Shown: positions 1 through 13,113, counted from the first letter of the stretch. The stretch: DNA of 64,000 nucleotides from Camelus ferus (GCF_009834535.1 NC_045716.1:13578001-13642000); one strand, 5' to 3'. A program made the numbers and translations. The notes: generated by a model not told the origin, from the letters alone.

Positions 1-430
1 AGCTTAAACCAGGGCCGAAGTCCATCCCCCAACCACTCTCTGTAGCTTTTTTTTTTTTTTTTCATTAATGCTACTTTGAACACTGACCTAAGACTTCCTC
101 AACTGCTTTAAATGGCTTCTAATGCTGTTACTACCTAAATCTGGTCATCAGAGGGACAATAACATGACTTTAAAAAAAAATCACTTTTCTTCAGAAGAGA
201 AGAAATTGTTTACTTTTATCACCTGTATATGCGATTTCAGATGACGATGTGAGATCCCTCATAAAGAGGTGTATCAGGAATCAAGCAACTGAATCCTTAA
301 ATGGCTAAGAGAGAGGAACTTGAGTACTAGTTTGAAAACAGCTTCTCTTTAAGAAAAATATGTCTTAAACTTGGTAGAATAAATTTCTTATCCAAAGCAT
401 TAATAATTAAAAGCATTATTTTAATGAAAT
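1..430 (+). other. CREG1: Distal 3' UTR of CREG1 with poly(A) signals (AATAAA 378-383, ATTAAA 406-411)
   Basis: Blocks such as AACCACTCTC, TTCAGAAGAGAAGA, CAGGAATCAAGCAACTGAATCCTTAAA and AAAGCATTAATAATTAAAAGCATTATTTTAATGAAATG match my recollection of the human CREG1 3' UTR end. CREG1 lies upstream of CD247 on the same strand in mammals. U/GU-rich sequence follows the hexamers. No CREG1 coding sequence is in the window. Confidence 0.75.
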
Positions 431-896
431 GTGTTGGATTTATTTTCTTAAACATAGATGTTAACATTTATTACGTTTTGTTTCATTGTCCACAGTCAAA
501 ACTCTCCTGTGTTTTCATTTTAGTGGGCTGTTAAATGAACTTCTGGCTGCTTCAGAGCTTACAGTGAATAATTTGAGTCTTTCCCACCGGTAGACGTCTC
601 CTTGTGCCCTAGAATTTGGGGGATGGCCAGAATGCAGTCTTTGTCCCGGGTCGTCTTCTCAGGGTTTTGGGTGCCAAGGTACCTTGTGATAGAATTAGGT
701 TGAGAGTATCTATCTGTATTACTCCCTTCATACACTTATTGTGAGTTTTGTCTTCATCATTTGATACCATATAAAAACATCCGTGTTCAGATAAGATCCA
801 ATTATCACAAAGGAGCACTAACAGCTTGTTCTCAGCAGGTGCTTCAGATTCCTTGGCAGTTGAAATGTGCCGATTGTGCCCCTGTTATGTTGTAAC

Positions 897-914
897 TGAC
901 CACCAGAGGGCGCC
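897..914 (+). promoter_or_regulatory. Candidate CTCF site TGACCACCAGAGGGCGCC
   Basis: Near-perfect match to the CTCF core consensus (TGGCCACCAGGGGGCGCTA). It lies outside the neighbouring transposon. Confidence 0.7.
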
Positions 915-950
915 GTAGACCACTTTTTGTGCAGGTGCCAGTTTCTTGCA

Positions 951-1453
951 CAGCAGTCCGCTACCTCATCTGCAGGGATATGTTCCAAGACCACCCCCGG
1001 ACACACACCCCTAGTGGATGCCTGAAACCTGATAATACCAAACCTATATATTATATACTATGTTTTTTCCTATACATGCATACAATAAAGTTTAATTTAT
1101 AAATTAGGCACAGTAAGAAATGACCTGAATCGCCAGCACCACTACTCTTGTGCTTTGGGGCCATTATTATGTAAAATAAGGGTTACCTGAACCCAAGCAA
1201 TGTGATACCGAGACCGTCGATCTGATAGCCCCGCCGACTGCTAGGTGACAGGTAGTGTATACAGCGTGGCTATGCAGAACAAAGGGAGGACTCATGGTAT
1301 AAGACCTCATCATGCTGCTCAGAACAGCACACACAGTTCAAAACTTATGAATTGTTTATTTCTGGAAATTTCCATTTAGTATTTGAGAACTGGGGTTGAC
1401 TGCTGGTAACTGAATCAGCAGAAAGCAAAACCGAGGCTAAGAGTGGACCACTG
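951..1453. mobile_element. MER44/Tigger7-type non-autonomous DNA transposon (Tc1/mariner-Tigger)
   Basis: Degenerate terminal inverted repeats (CAGCAGTCC... at 951; ...GGACCACTG ending at 1453). Internal blocks GATAAAG-like/TTTAATTTATAAATTAGGCACAGTAAG and GCCATTATTATGTAAAATAAGGGTTAC are typical of MER44. Confidence 0.8.
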
Positions 1454-2009
1454 CACAACAGATCTGATCAAGCCCCTGAGAACGACGCCGGGGGCTGGGA
1501 TGGGGGTGGATGGCCTCGATGCGATGACACCGAGGTGAAGGCGGCCCAGTAGGGCGAGAGGAGAAGCCGAGGCCTGGTCTTCTGCCACTGCCAATTGGAG
1601 TTCATGGATGTATCCCGCCCTCCCTCCTTGTCGTGTGCTTCATGACAGGCTGCAGAACTGGGACAGAGCCCTGACCTTAACCAGAGGAGGGACGAGTGTC
1701 TTGGATGGGGACTGGCTTTGGCCCAGAAAACAAGGCAGGCCCTAATCAAGAGAAGAGAAAATCAGAATTAGAAAGAGGAGCCCCAAACTGCTGAGCCCAG
1801 GCGGCTGTGCTTGGCAGATGTCTTGGCCTTGGATCTGTGCTCAGCTGGTCAAGGCCATTGTCCTTACCAGACCATGGCCAGTAGTCACGGTTCATTCTGT
1901 CTTCTAGTCTGGGTTCAGATTCCTCACAAGTATGTAGTGAGGTGGAGAAAAATCCTTTAAGACACCAGGCAGGGCTCAATGAAATCGGTGCATAAACAGT
2001 CTCGTTTTT

Positions 2010-2175
2010 GTTTTCTTTTTACTGAAATATAGTCGGTTTACAACGTTGTGTCAATTTCTGGTGTACAGCATAATGTTTCAGTCATACATGTACATACATA
2101 TATTCATTTTCATATTCTTTTTCATTATAGGTTACTACAAGGTATTGAATAGAGTTCCCTGAGCTGTACGGAAGA
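2010..2175 (-). mobile_element. L1 3'-end fragment
   Basis: T-tract followed by TGAAATATAGTCGGTTTACAACGTTGTGTCAATTTCTGGTGTACAGC, the reverse complement of a Laurasiatherian L1 3' terminus. Confidence 0.8.
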
Positions 2176-2799
2176 AACGTCACTGTATGAATATTCGACT
2201 GGAGGTTGTTCAGATCATGTTTCTCTTCTTAGTAATATTCAGACTGTAGACCACAAAGTCATTGAGGAACCTCTACTTTCCTGTAGTGGGGGCATGTTTT
2301 CAGTTTTAGTACTGAAAAAAACGCTCTGCTTTGTATAAAGCCGGTAGGTCAATATTTTTAGGGAAATTCCAAACTGTCAACTTCAAAAAACCAGGTGCTC
2401 TATGTATTTTCATCTGAGGAGACAATGATAACTTAGGTCATTTTTAGAATTGAGGGAGATGTAAATCAGCCAGTAAAACTGTATCTTTTTCTTCATTTTT
2501 CCCCCTTACTATTAATTGTAAGATAGATATCTTTGTGTGATAAATACACAAGGTAAAAGCTTACAAATTCACAATCTCACCAGCCGGCATGGCTGCTAAT
2601 ATTTTGATGTGTTTCCTTCTAATCTTTGCTTCCATGAAATGTTTAAATATAATCAAGGTCATGCTGCACATTGATTGTGTGTCATGCCTCTTTTACTTAA
2701 TCATAATCTTGTTATGTTGCTAGAAACCATAAGGATGGCTTAGAATGGCTGCAAATATTTCATGAGATCTACTTTGGCTACCAAATAATGGTCTGTATC

Positions 2800-3370
2800 A
2801 GCACTCTCTTGCTAGTGACAGAAACCCTAGACAAAGTAGTTTAAGCAAAAAGAGGAGTTCATTGACCTGAAGATATTCCTTCAGGACTCCGTCTTCATCT
2901 CCTGGCTCCTCTGTGTTGGTTTTAATGGCAATCAGCAATCTTAGACCAACGAGGGCAAGGAGGGCCATTCCAGAATAATCCCTGTGTCTGGGAATCGGTT
3001 TCCCTCGTTAGCTGATCCTACATCCTGTGTCTTTCCCTGCAACTGGGGCTTCAGCTCAGCACCCATCAGAATCACAGAGACCAGAAGAATTTTGAAGTAA
3101 AGCTCCTGAAAGGAAAAAAGTCGTGTTAACTGAAAGGATACCAGACAGGCCAAAGCAAAGGGCTGTTACCATTTTCTCCAGTGTCTGAACATTTAAGTTA
3201 CTTCTATTTTTTTTCCCTGTTAAGAGAGAACTCTTCATGCATGAAGGATTTTCTGCATCTCTGTTTGTTTCCTTAGAGAGTTCCCAGCAGTGGAATTCCC
3301 AAGCCAAAAGCTGGTGGTACCTGTTACCCATTGCTCTTAAGAATTTATACCAATGAACAGTCCTGCCAGC
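2800..3370. mobile_element. Degenerate ERVL LTR fragment (LTR33-like)
   Basis: GCTAGTGACAGAAACCC...TTAAGCAAAAAGAGGAGTTCATTG resembles LTR33-type ends. Family assignment is uncertain. Confidence 0.4.
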
Positions 3371-3480
3371 AGTGTCTGAAAATGTTTATTCTGCACTGAA
3401 TTTCCAGGTAAAAATCATATTGTGTTCTTTTAGTTGGCAATTCTTAGGTAGTGGTCACGTTGGACACTAATAATCTCAGT

Positions 3481-3580
3481 AGAGGGAAAGGAAATAGATC
3501 AGTGGTAGAGTACATGCTTAGCATACATAAGGTCCTGGGTTCAGTACCTCCATTAAAAATAAATTAATTAATTTTTAAAA
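3481..3580 (+). mobile_element. tRNA-derived camelid-type SINE (Vic-1-like)
   Basis: CAGTGGTAGAGTACATGCTTAGCAT...GGTCCTGGGTTC...GTACCTCCATTAAAAATAAA: A-box, B-box-like segment and A-rich tail. Confidence 0.8.
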
Positions 3581-4604
3581 ATGTCAATAAGCACTAGTTG
3601 CATTGCTTTTCTTTGTTTCAAATATCAGTTGGTAAGTACAGGTTGAGTTTTCTCAAGAATGGAAATTATGGTTGTCATAGGATATAATTTTAGAGAACAG
3701 CTTCACATCCAGTGTTTTATCTAATCCTTGCAACAAACCCAAGTAGCAGGTGGCACACACATTATTTTCCTTACTTCAGGGAGAGGCTGGAGTCCCCAGA
3801 TGGTTAGCTTGGGTGAGTTCATACTGTTGCCTGTCAGACCTGGTCCTTAAATCTAGCTCTGTCCCCAAGAATCCCATGACCCCTCAGCTGCTGGCGACAT
3901 ATGGGTCTTTGCCACTTGTATTAAAGGTGTGTAGTAAAAAAAAAAAAAAAAAAAAAAGACAAGGGCCATGTGTGAGAAAACCCCAGGCTTTCACAGGTAG
4001 TGCACTGACATCTTTGGGGCAGGCAGTGGGGGTATAGGAGAGAGTGTGCGCTCTGAAGCCAGGTGGCTGCTTTCAAATCCCAGCTCAACCGCTTAGCCAG
4101 GTGGCCTCAGGCAAAAGCTCTGCAAAAGGGTCCCCTCTTAGGTAAGTCAGGGATGATACCTAGGATGGGGGAGGAGTTAGTTAGTTAGCATTAGTCTCCA
4201 TCACCGTGTGGGATAGCCCGAGGCCACCCATGACAGGGATGCTCTGTAAAGGACCAAAGGACCAGGCATTTTCTCAGTAATAACACTGCAGGAAGGTCAT
4301 CCCTGTCGTGTGTCAGTCACTGGTCTCCCCTGGGCCTTGGGGGACACGCACCCCCGTCGTGTGCTGGGCATGTACCATGTGGGAGCAGAGCAGGGGTGGG
4401 AAGCTATGGGGCCTCGTGGTGAAATGTGGTCAGAGGTCAGGCCCCATGCGCCAGCTGTGGAAAGAGCCTGGAAAACGTAGTTTGACACGACAGCTGCCTT
4501 GAACTGCCCAGGGAGAGTCTGCCCAGAGGTGGAAAATCCTCTTTAATCCTCCCATCTAGGGCCAGACCAGCTGCACCACTGGAATTCAGGGGCCCCCCTT
4601 GGTC

Positions 4605-4739
4605 TTTTTTTGGGGGGGGGGAGTAATTAGGTTTATTTGTTTGTTTGTTTGTTTTTAAATGGAAGTACTGGGGATGGAACTCAGGACCTCGTGCACGCCA
4701 AGCATGTAGTCCACCACTGAGCTATACCCTCCTCTCCCC
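4605..4739 (-). mobile_element. Vic-1-like SINE
   Basis: Reverse complement of the SINE head (...CACCACTGAGCTATACCCTCC) with a T-rich tail on the left. Confidence 0.85.
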
Positions 4740-5369
4740 ACCCCCTGTCCCGCACCCCACACCCCACCCCCTGCCTGTCTTATAACCTTTCCTTCCCCTT
4801 AAGCTGGTGGCCATCCTAAGGGACTTTAAAGTCTAATGCCAGGACCTACTTGTCCCTTGCCAGCAGTCCCCGGAGGTGGGCCCTTTCAGGGTTGTTCCTG
4901 GGACAAGAAGATGCAGGCCTGTTTGGGGCGGGAGTCCTCAAGGGCCAGGCTGGCTTCAGAGAGGACCTTGAGCCAGCCAGCTGACTCCACTCCACACAAG
5001 CTCAGTTGGTCCTTCCTCTTTGCAAATGACATAAATGTGATCTGCATGAAGTCAAAGCATCTCCAGCACAATCAGCAGGGGCCAAGCCCTGAAAAACAAC
5101 AGCCAGGCCCCCATATAGAAGCCTGGTCACTGGGCCTGCTCCCTTGGTATGTGTGGCGGACCAGCAAGGAGCTGCAGGATCACAGCTCTCAAGATGTGCT
5201 CAGGGCAGCACGTATGACCCTGTGCCCCACCCTGGAGGGTGACAGCAGCTGGCAGGGCTGAAAGGGAAGAGGGCGCTGGAGAGGCAGGAATAATTAAACC
5301 GATATATAATTTCTGGATAGAAGACAGCTTGGGGGCCTTCTAGGTCAACGCTTTCATCTCTCTTTCTTT

Positions 5370-5830
5370 TCTTCTTTTTTCTTAAGTTGAATTATAATTG
5401 ATTTACAATGTTGTGTTAGTTTGAGGTGTACAGCAAAATAATTCAGTTAGATAGATAGACAGACTTTTTCAGATTCTTTTCTGTTACAAGTTTTATAAGA
5501 TATTGAATATAGTTCCCTGTGCTATACAGTAGATCCTTATTTATTTATTTCATGTATAGTAATGTGTATCTATTAATCCCAAACTCCTAATTTATCCCTC
5601 CTCCCTTTCCCCTTTGGTAACCATAAATTTGTTTTCTCTCCATTTCTGTTTTGTAAATGAGTTCACTTGTTATCATTTTTTAGATTCCACATATAAGTGA
5701 TATCACATTGTATTTGTCTTTTCCTGTCTGACTCACTTCACTTAGTGTGATAGTCTCTAGATCTGTCTATGTTACTGCAAAGGGCATTATTTTATTCTTT
5801 TTTATGTCTGAGTAATGTTCCATTGCCTTT
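5370..5830 (-). mobile_element. L1 3'-end fragment (~450 bp)
   Basis: GTTGAATTATAATTGATTTACAATGTTGTGTTAG...ATAGTTCCCTGTGCTATACAGTAG...TTAGATTCCACATATAAGTGATATC, antisense L1 3' UTR. Confidence 0.85.
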
Positions 5831-7421
5831 CATCTCTTTTTTAAGAGAAGAAATGCTCTTTATTTTTTCATGCTTTAATTACAAATACAATAAAGACCAC
5901 TTTCTATGTGACAAATATTTACTGAGCTTCAAGTATATGCAAGGCACTGTACCAGCTCTCGTGGTAGCCCTCCAAGAGCTGCCTTTCTGACAGAGGAGTC
6001 CACAATATCTCTGTTTATTTCTCAGGATGTTTTTCACTCTCAAGTAATGAAAAATCCACCTAAAAATGTAGCCCCTTCATCTTATAGCTGAAGACACCAA
6101 GACCCAGAGAGGGAAAGTGATTTGGTCAAGGTCACACAGCAAATTAAGGACAAAGCGGGGAGCCAGTCCTAGGTCTATGCATTCCCAAAGCAGCAGCTCT
6201 ATGTGGTGCCACACTGAGGGCTGATGGTTTGGTAGAGTCAGAAGTGGGGCTAAGCCATGGCAGAGGCAAGGAACTTGAGAAGATCCACTGCTTAGCATGA
6301 AGATGTAAGCCAGGCTCGCAGGTGCCCTGGCATCTCATGGTTAGAAGATGGCTCATTTCGGAAGGTGATTTTGCTTTTGCTCCAATGCCCAGGAACAGAC
6401 TTTATACGACTTCTGAAGCTAAACTCATCCCCTCCACCAGGAACCACGTGTTCATAACAAATATGAGGCAGGTGCCCTAAGTTCTGACCTGGTGCTCGAG
6501 AGCTGCGGATCCCAAAGAGGAAGAACGTGGGCCCTGCTCTGGGACATGGGGCCTCCCCTTCCTGCCATCAACTCCTCTCTGTCTCCTACCCTCCCCACAG
6601 AGACTGGGACGCCCACACCCATTACCAGAAAGATTTTGCACACGGCATCTGTATGTCAGGATTGGCCACCTTACTGAGTCGTCATGGAGATTAAATATGA
6701 AATTAAATATGAAAATACCTGTGAAAGTGGCTCAAGCGTGAGGCTTCCTCAAAGCAGGAAAAGTTCTTTTTCCAGGGGAAGCTCTTTGACCATCAACAGC
6801 AACATTTAGCAGGTTATAACTTGTCTCATCCTTGGTAATATCTCTTTAATTTTACCCACACCCCAACTTTATTATTATTATTTTGCTATCTCTTGATATT
6901 TTTTAAATCTATCTTTGTGCAGTCGTTTCATTTATTTCTTTCTTGTGTTTGGGCATTAGGCATGCCTTTCCTCCTTAAGGTCTCAGTAAAGAAAATTGTG
7001 TGACTTAATTTTCTTAAAGACAAATAATCTTTTGGGGGGAAGGGCCCCTTAGGTAAAATCCCCACAAAGTAGACCCAGGCAAAATTGTGAAGTTCACAAG
7101 CATGTCTTCAGTGGCTCTGCATTTTCAGCACCTCTGATATTCCAGGCCATTTCAATTTCAAGGTACAGAATCAGTCAGATAGCTTAAGAAAATAGTTACT
7201 GGCTTAAGAGATGGAAAAACCCATGGGCAGGCCTTTAGGTATGGCGTGATCCAGGTTCTCAATGGATGCAGTGAGTTGTCAACCTGTCTTTATACATCTC
7301 TTGCTCTGCTCTCCTCGGGGTTGGCTTCATTCCCAGGCAAGCTTCCTCCATCAGGTGAGAAAGACAGATACCCGATCCTCACAAAGGGAAAAGGAAGGAG
7401 CATCTTCTCCAATAACACTTC

Positions 7422-8007
7422 TGTGGGAGACAGGAGCATAAGACGGCTCCAAGAGTTCCACACTGGTGTATATGCCCTGTATCATCTCCATGACTATGGG
7501 AAGGACCTGTGACTATAATGAGGTATCACTCCTGTGATTAAATCATGTGATTAAATTATGGCCAATCAGGGGAGCCCTTTAAAAGCAGAGTTTTCTCAAG
7601 CTGATTGCAGAAGAAGTCAGAGGGATGTGCTCTGGTTGGTCTGGGAGCAAGCAAACATCCATGTTGTGAACTTCTTATGGGGGCCACGTGGTAAGGAAAT
7701 GCAAGTGTTCCCTAGGATCTGAGACAGTCCTTGGTCAATTATTAGCAGCAAAATAGAGACCTAGTCCTATATTTGTAAGGAAATAGGTTTGTCAACAACC
7801 AGTGACCTTGGAAGAAGATCGTGAGCTTCAGATGAGAACCGCAGTCCCAGCCGACACCTTGATTCCAGCCTCGTAAGACCCTGAGCAGAGAACCCACTTA
7901 TGCTGTGCCTGGATTCTGACCTACATTACTATGAGATAATAAATTTGTGTTGTCTTAAGTCATTAAGTTTGAGATACTCTGTTATGAAGCAATAGAAAGC
8001 TACTACA
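7422..8007 (+). mobile_element. Solo MaLR LTR (MLT1E-like)
   Basis: TG...CA termini. 5-bp target-site duplication with one mismatch (ACTTC 7417-7421 / ACTTT 8008-8012). MLT1 3' block ATAATAAATTTGTGTTGTCTTAAG...AAGCAATAGAAAGCTACTACA. Confidence 0.85.
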
Positions 8008-8643
8008 ACTTTCAAAAATCCCAGTGTATGAGTTAGAATCATTTGGTTACAAGCAACAGAAACCAACTCTGAGCAATATAACCTGAGCAAAAAGGAAGTG
8101 TACTGGAACATTTGCTCATAGAGCCACAAAACATGAACAGCTCCCGGGCTGGGTCCAAGCAGGAGAAATAAACAGGGGATGTTTCCAGGTCTTTTTTTCA
8201 CTCTCCCATGATTTAAATTACAGGGAGAAAGCAGCTGATTGGCTCATCAAGACTGTAACCAAGGGAGAATGGTTGGTTCTTTCAAGCAAAATTGATGGAA
8301 TGACATCATCAGCATAGCTGAGTAAGATGTCCCTTGTTCATGTTCCACCCTCAACAACAACAATCTGACATCCATCCATGGACAGAAGTGCCTTTGTGGG
8401 AGCTGTGAGATTTAGCACCATACACCAAGGGACCCGGGAGGAGTCTTGCTCACACATGTGTTGAGTGATAGGCATCCAGACCCCAGTCCCAGCTGTGGAC
8501 CCTACGGTGGCCCAGAATTGGCTCTAGTCCCTCTTAGCCATGATCTGGGAGCTCCTGGAAAATGCTGTCTCAGACAATCACCCATAGACAAGAGAGCCTC
8601 TGTGGAAGTCCAGGTTCCAGAGGAGAAGACCAGCACTCTGCTA

Positions 8644-8646
<3 letters not shown>

Positions 8647-8699
<53 letters not shown>

Positions 8700-8700
8700 G
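8647..8700 (+). repeat. (CAA)17 CAG trinucleotide microsatellite
   Basis: Read directly from the sequence. Confidence 0.95.
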
Positions 8701-9950
8701 AAAGAGTTTGGATGCACTGGAGTGGTTAAGAGGAACAGCTTTAATTTACTTGCATCATTCCTCGCCAGGGGTGGCACAGCTGAGGGATAAGAGACATTTT
8801 CTCAGCCCTGTGATTTCTCATACAGGGCAAAGTGAGATCGTGTGAGTGAGCACCCAGCTTCCCCAGCTGTGTGGGATGCTGCTAAAGAAGTTTATTTTCT
8901 CTCTCGTTCCATGACTGGGGGCCAGGAAAAGACTGGGCAAGTGGCAGATAGGACTCTTTGGGGCCATTAAAGTGATGTGGAACCTACTAAGTGAGTTGTG
9001 GGCACCATCAAGAAGCCAGACCATGAACCACGCGGGATGCCTTGCCTGCAGGTCCTCCCAACCAGCCCACGAACATCCCAGGAAGATTTTGGTAAAGGGT
9101 ACAAACTCACAGTTACAAGATAATTAAGTTCTGGGTGCAGCATGGTGAGGCTGCAAAGACAAGCCCCACTGAGCTGTTTGGGTGGGGTCCTGCAGGGACT
9201 GGTGGCCATTTCTGCTCCAACAGAGACCCCTCAGGAAACAGCTGCTTGTCAGTCTGAGACCAGTCAGCTGAAGAGTGCATGAACACTGAGTCCCCAGACC
9301 CTGGAGAAGTGGTCCCTCATCAGAGAAAGCTTGGGAGTGACTGCCTCTAGAAACCCCAAAGGACAGAATCAAACCCCTTTTTGTGCTTCTTTCTCTGGTG
9401 ATCAGGAGGCTTGGAATTGCTCCATTTAGCAGTGTCTGGATTTCCCTTGCTGTGTCCTTCTCAACAGTTGAGGCAGCCTCCTCCTCAGTGTTGGATTTCC
9501 TGCCATCCCTGATGTCACCATCCATCCATTCATCTACTCACACATCCATCCACAACGTACTGGGAGCTAAAGATTCATTCATGAGGAATAGCCAGAGCTT
9601 TCCCACTGGGAACTCACAGCTGCTGGTCATCATGTTCTACCTGGACCTTCTCTCAGCTCCTGTCCCTGTGTCCTCTGCAAAGTGTGGGCCTGGTTCTGGG
9701 TCCCCATCCCCCTTCCACTGCACTCACCAGAGCAAGGCTGGCAGCAGTGGGCAGCTATTATTTTATATATGCCTTGAATCCTTTCCCTTTCTTTATTCTA
9801 TGACATGATTCTGATAGGACTGTTAATCATAGTGTCCCATCTCCAATCTTGTGGTGTCCCCCTGGAAACAATGGTTGATCCAAGAAGTAAGCATAAGACC
9901 CAAGCTGGACCAATGAGATCATTTCCTGAGACTGGTATAGGGACACTGAG

Positions 9951-10290
9951 TGTTTCTGTTATCTACCGCTGTGTAACATCCATCCCAAGTTCAGTGATGT
10001 AGAACAACTATTTCAGGTGTTTATGATTCTGTGGGCCAGCAGCTTAGGCTGGGCTCAGTTAAGCGGTGCTCTAGCCTAACCTGGGCTCATTCATATGGCT
10101 GCAGTCCTCTGGTGGCTGTGTTGTGACGGGATGATCTAAGGTAGCTTTGCTCACTTACCTGGAAGTTAGTGCTGGCTGTCCGCTGAGTCATGTGTCTGTG
10201 GCAGGCTAATTCTTCTTCCCATGGAGAAGCCTGGATTAGCTTAGTGGATTCCCAAAGCTGCGAGAACTATGGCAAGCTCCAGAATGCAAA
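9951..10290 (-). mobile_element. MaLR LTR fragment (MLT1 family)
   Basis: TGTTTCTGTTATCTACCGCTGTGTAACA...TTATGATTCTGTGGGCCAGC...GGCTGGGCTCAG matches an antisense MLT1 LTR. Confidence 0.65.
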
Positions 10291-12649
10291 TGTTTTTTCA
10301 AATCTTTAAGGGTTTTTTAAAGATGGGAGAAATAACATACTTGTATACTGACAAGAATGATTCAATTTAGAAGAAAAAAACTATTATGCAAGGGAAGAAA
10401 ATTTCTGGAATAATGTCCTTGGGAGGCAAGAGAGGTTGCAACCCAGTGAAGTGGTTGATACCAATATGATAGGTTAAAAAAAGTGTATTCATTGTAGTTT
10501 TAATTTTGATTTATCTTATTATGAGTGATACTGAGCATTTTTCATTCACTTAAAAGCCATTTACTACTTCCTTTTCCATGAATTTTCTGTTCAAGTCCTT
10601 TTCTCATTTTCTAATGTGTTTTTAGACTTCTGCAGGCCTGAAAATTTCATGAGGATGAGGATTCTTTGTTTCCCTCCCAGCTGTATCTTTAGCATTTAGC
10701 ACAGTGGTTGGCACATGATAGGCACTCAAAACTATTTGTTCTAATTGAACAATGTTTAGGAGCTCCTTATGGATAAAGGAACTAAGCCCTTTGTCACAGT
10801 GCTAGAATTTTATATAAATGAAATCATTCAATATGTACTTGTTACCTGGTTTCTTTCACTCAGTATAATTTTAAGATTCAACCATATTGTTGTATTACTA
10901 GCAGTTTATTCATTTTTATTATTGAGTATAATTTCAATAATATGGATATACCATAATTTGTTTATCCTTACATCTATTGATGGAATCTGGGTGGTTTCCA
11001 GTTTTTGGCTATTACAAATAAAGCTGCTAAGAAGATTCATGTACAAGTTAGGACATGTATTTCCTTTTCTCTTGGGTAGACACCTAAGAGTAGAGTGGCT
11101 GGATTGTATGGTAGCTGTATGTTTAACTTTTTGATAAACTGCAAACTGTTTTCCAAAGTTTTATCATTGTACATTTCCACTATCAATGTATGAGAGTTCC
11201 AGTTCCTCCATATCCTTGTCAACACTTGATATGGCCAGTTGTTTAAATTTAGCTGTGTTAATAAGTGTGTAGTGATATCTCATTGTGTTTTAATTTGTAC
11301 TTCCTTAATTATTAGTGATGTTTAGCATCTTTTCATGTGCTTACTAACCATTCATTTATCTTCTTTGGGTAATTTTCTATTCAAATGTTTTATTCATTTT
11401 CTTACTGAGTTAATAATCTTATTGAGTTGAAAGAGCTCTTTATATATGTTGGGTATAAGTCCTCTGTCTGCTTTATGTATTTGCAAATAATTTCTCCCAG
11501 TCTCTGGCTTGCTTTTTCATTTTCTTAATGGTGTTTTTCAATGAACAAAGTTTTTAATTTTATGAATTATTTTATCAATTATTTTTCTCTTACACTTTGT
11601 GCTTTCTGTTCTACCATAAAGATTTTTCTCCTATTTTTTTCCGGAAGTTTTATGGTTTTTACATTTTACATATAGGCCTATGAATTATTTTAATTAATTT
11701 TTGTCTATGGTGTAAAATAAGGATTAATTTTTTCCCCGTAAAGTTACCCAGTTGGTTGTCCATTGAATTTTCTTTGCACTTTTATCAAAAAACAAGTGAC
11801 CATATGTTTGAGTTTATAGTATCACAAGTACTATATGGTAATCATATCACTTTGTAATGTTCAGTGTTTGGCAGGGTGATTTCATTCTCCTTACTCTTCT
11901 TTTATAGAGTTTTCCTGGCTGTTCTTTGCTTTTTTAGCATTATTTTTGTGTCAAGATATATAATTCACTTAAGAATCACCATGTTAAAGTGTACACTTTG
12001 GTGGTTTTTAGTATATTCACTATCTTGTACATCTTCACAACTAGCTCATTCTAAAACATTTCCATCATTCCCAAAAGCAAGTTTGTACCTACTAAGAGTT
12101 AGTCCCAATTTCCCTCTTTCCTTATCCTCTGAAACTACTAATCTACTTTTGTCTCTATGGCCTAGTCTGGACATTTCATATAAACGGGATCATATATGTG
12201 GTCTTTTGTGTCTGGCTTCTTTCACTTAGCACACTGTTTCCAAGGTTCACCCATGTTACAACATGTAATGATGCTTCCTTCCTTTTTAGGGGTGAATCAT
12301 ATTCCATTGTTTGGATATACCACATTTGTTTACCTATTCCTCAGTTGGTGGACATTAGGGTTTCCAAGTTTGGGGCTACTATGAATAATGCTGCTCTAAA
12401 CAGTCAAGTACAAGTTTCTATATGGACACATTTTAATTCTCTTGAGTATATGCCTAGGAGTAGAATTGCTGCTTCATATGATAATTCTATTTAACTTTCT
12501 GGGGAAATGCCACACTATTTTCCACAAGGGTTTCATCACAATTCAGCATTCCCAGCAGCAATGTACAGGAGTTCCAATTTCTTCACATCCTCACTAACAC
12601 TGGTCTGTCTTTTTAAACTTTAGCCATCCTAAGTGTGTGTGAAGTAACA

Positions 12650-12778
12650 NNNNNNNNNNNNNNNNNNNNNNNNNNNNNNNNNNNNNNNNNNNNNNNNNNN
12701 NNNNNNNNNNNNNNNNNNNNNNNNNNNNNNNNNNNNNNNNNNNNNNNNNNNNNNNNNNNNNNNNNNNNNNNNNNNNNN
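12650..12778. other. Assembly gap (129 N)
   Basis: Run of N. Confidence 1.
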
Positions 12779-12860
12779 TTTTTTCCTGGTTGAGTTATTT
12801 ATATATTCTAAATACTAGACCCTTATAGGTATATGATTTGCAAATATTTTCTCCCTTCTA

Positions 12861-12918
12861 GTGGGTAGGTTACAGCTCAGTGGTAAAGTGCATGCCTAGT
12901 ATGCACGATGTCCTGGGT
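12861..12918 (+). mobile_element. Vic-1-like SINE 5' part, truncated by the gap
   Basis: CAGCTCAGTGGTAAAGTGCATGCCTAGTATGCACGATGTCCTGGGT followed by N. Confidence 0.8.
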
Positions 12919-13113
12919 NNNNNNNNNNNNNNNNNNNNNNNNNNNNNNNNNNNNNNNNNNNNNNNNNNNNNNNNNNNNNNNNNNNNNNNNNNNNNNNNNN
13001 NNNNNNNNNNNNNNNNNNNNNNNNNNNNNNNNNNNNNNNNNNNNNNNNNNNNNNNNNNNNNNNNNNNNNNNNNNNNNNNNNNNNNNNNNNNNNNNNNNNN
13101 NNNNNNNNNNNNN
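12919..13113. other. Assembly gap (195 N)
   Basis: Run of N. Confidence 1.

Noticed and set aside
1008-1022. Additional CTCF-like words (CCCCTAGTGG inside MER44; GTCCTCTGGTGGC near 10104)
   Set aside because: They mismatch the invariant GGC part of the core and lie inside repeats.
8446-8790. ORF with an 18-residue polyglutamine tract (and poly-Cys on the opposite strand)
   Set aside because: It is the translation of an intergenic (CAA)17 microsatellite; the flanks resemble no protein and the start is non-ATG.
10769-12494. Hydrophobic 'membrane-protein-like' ORFs
   Set aside because: They are antisense translations of T-rich L1 sequence.
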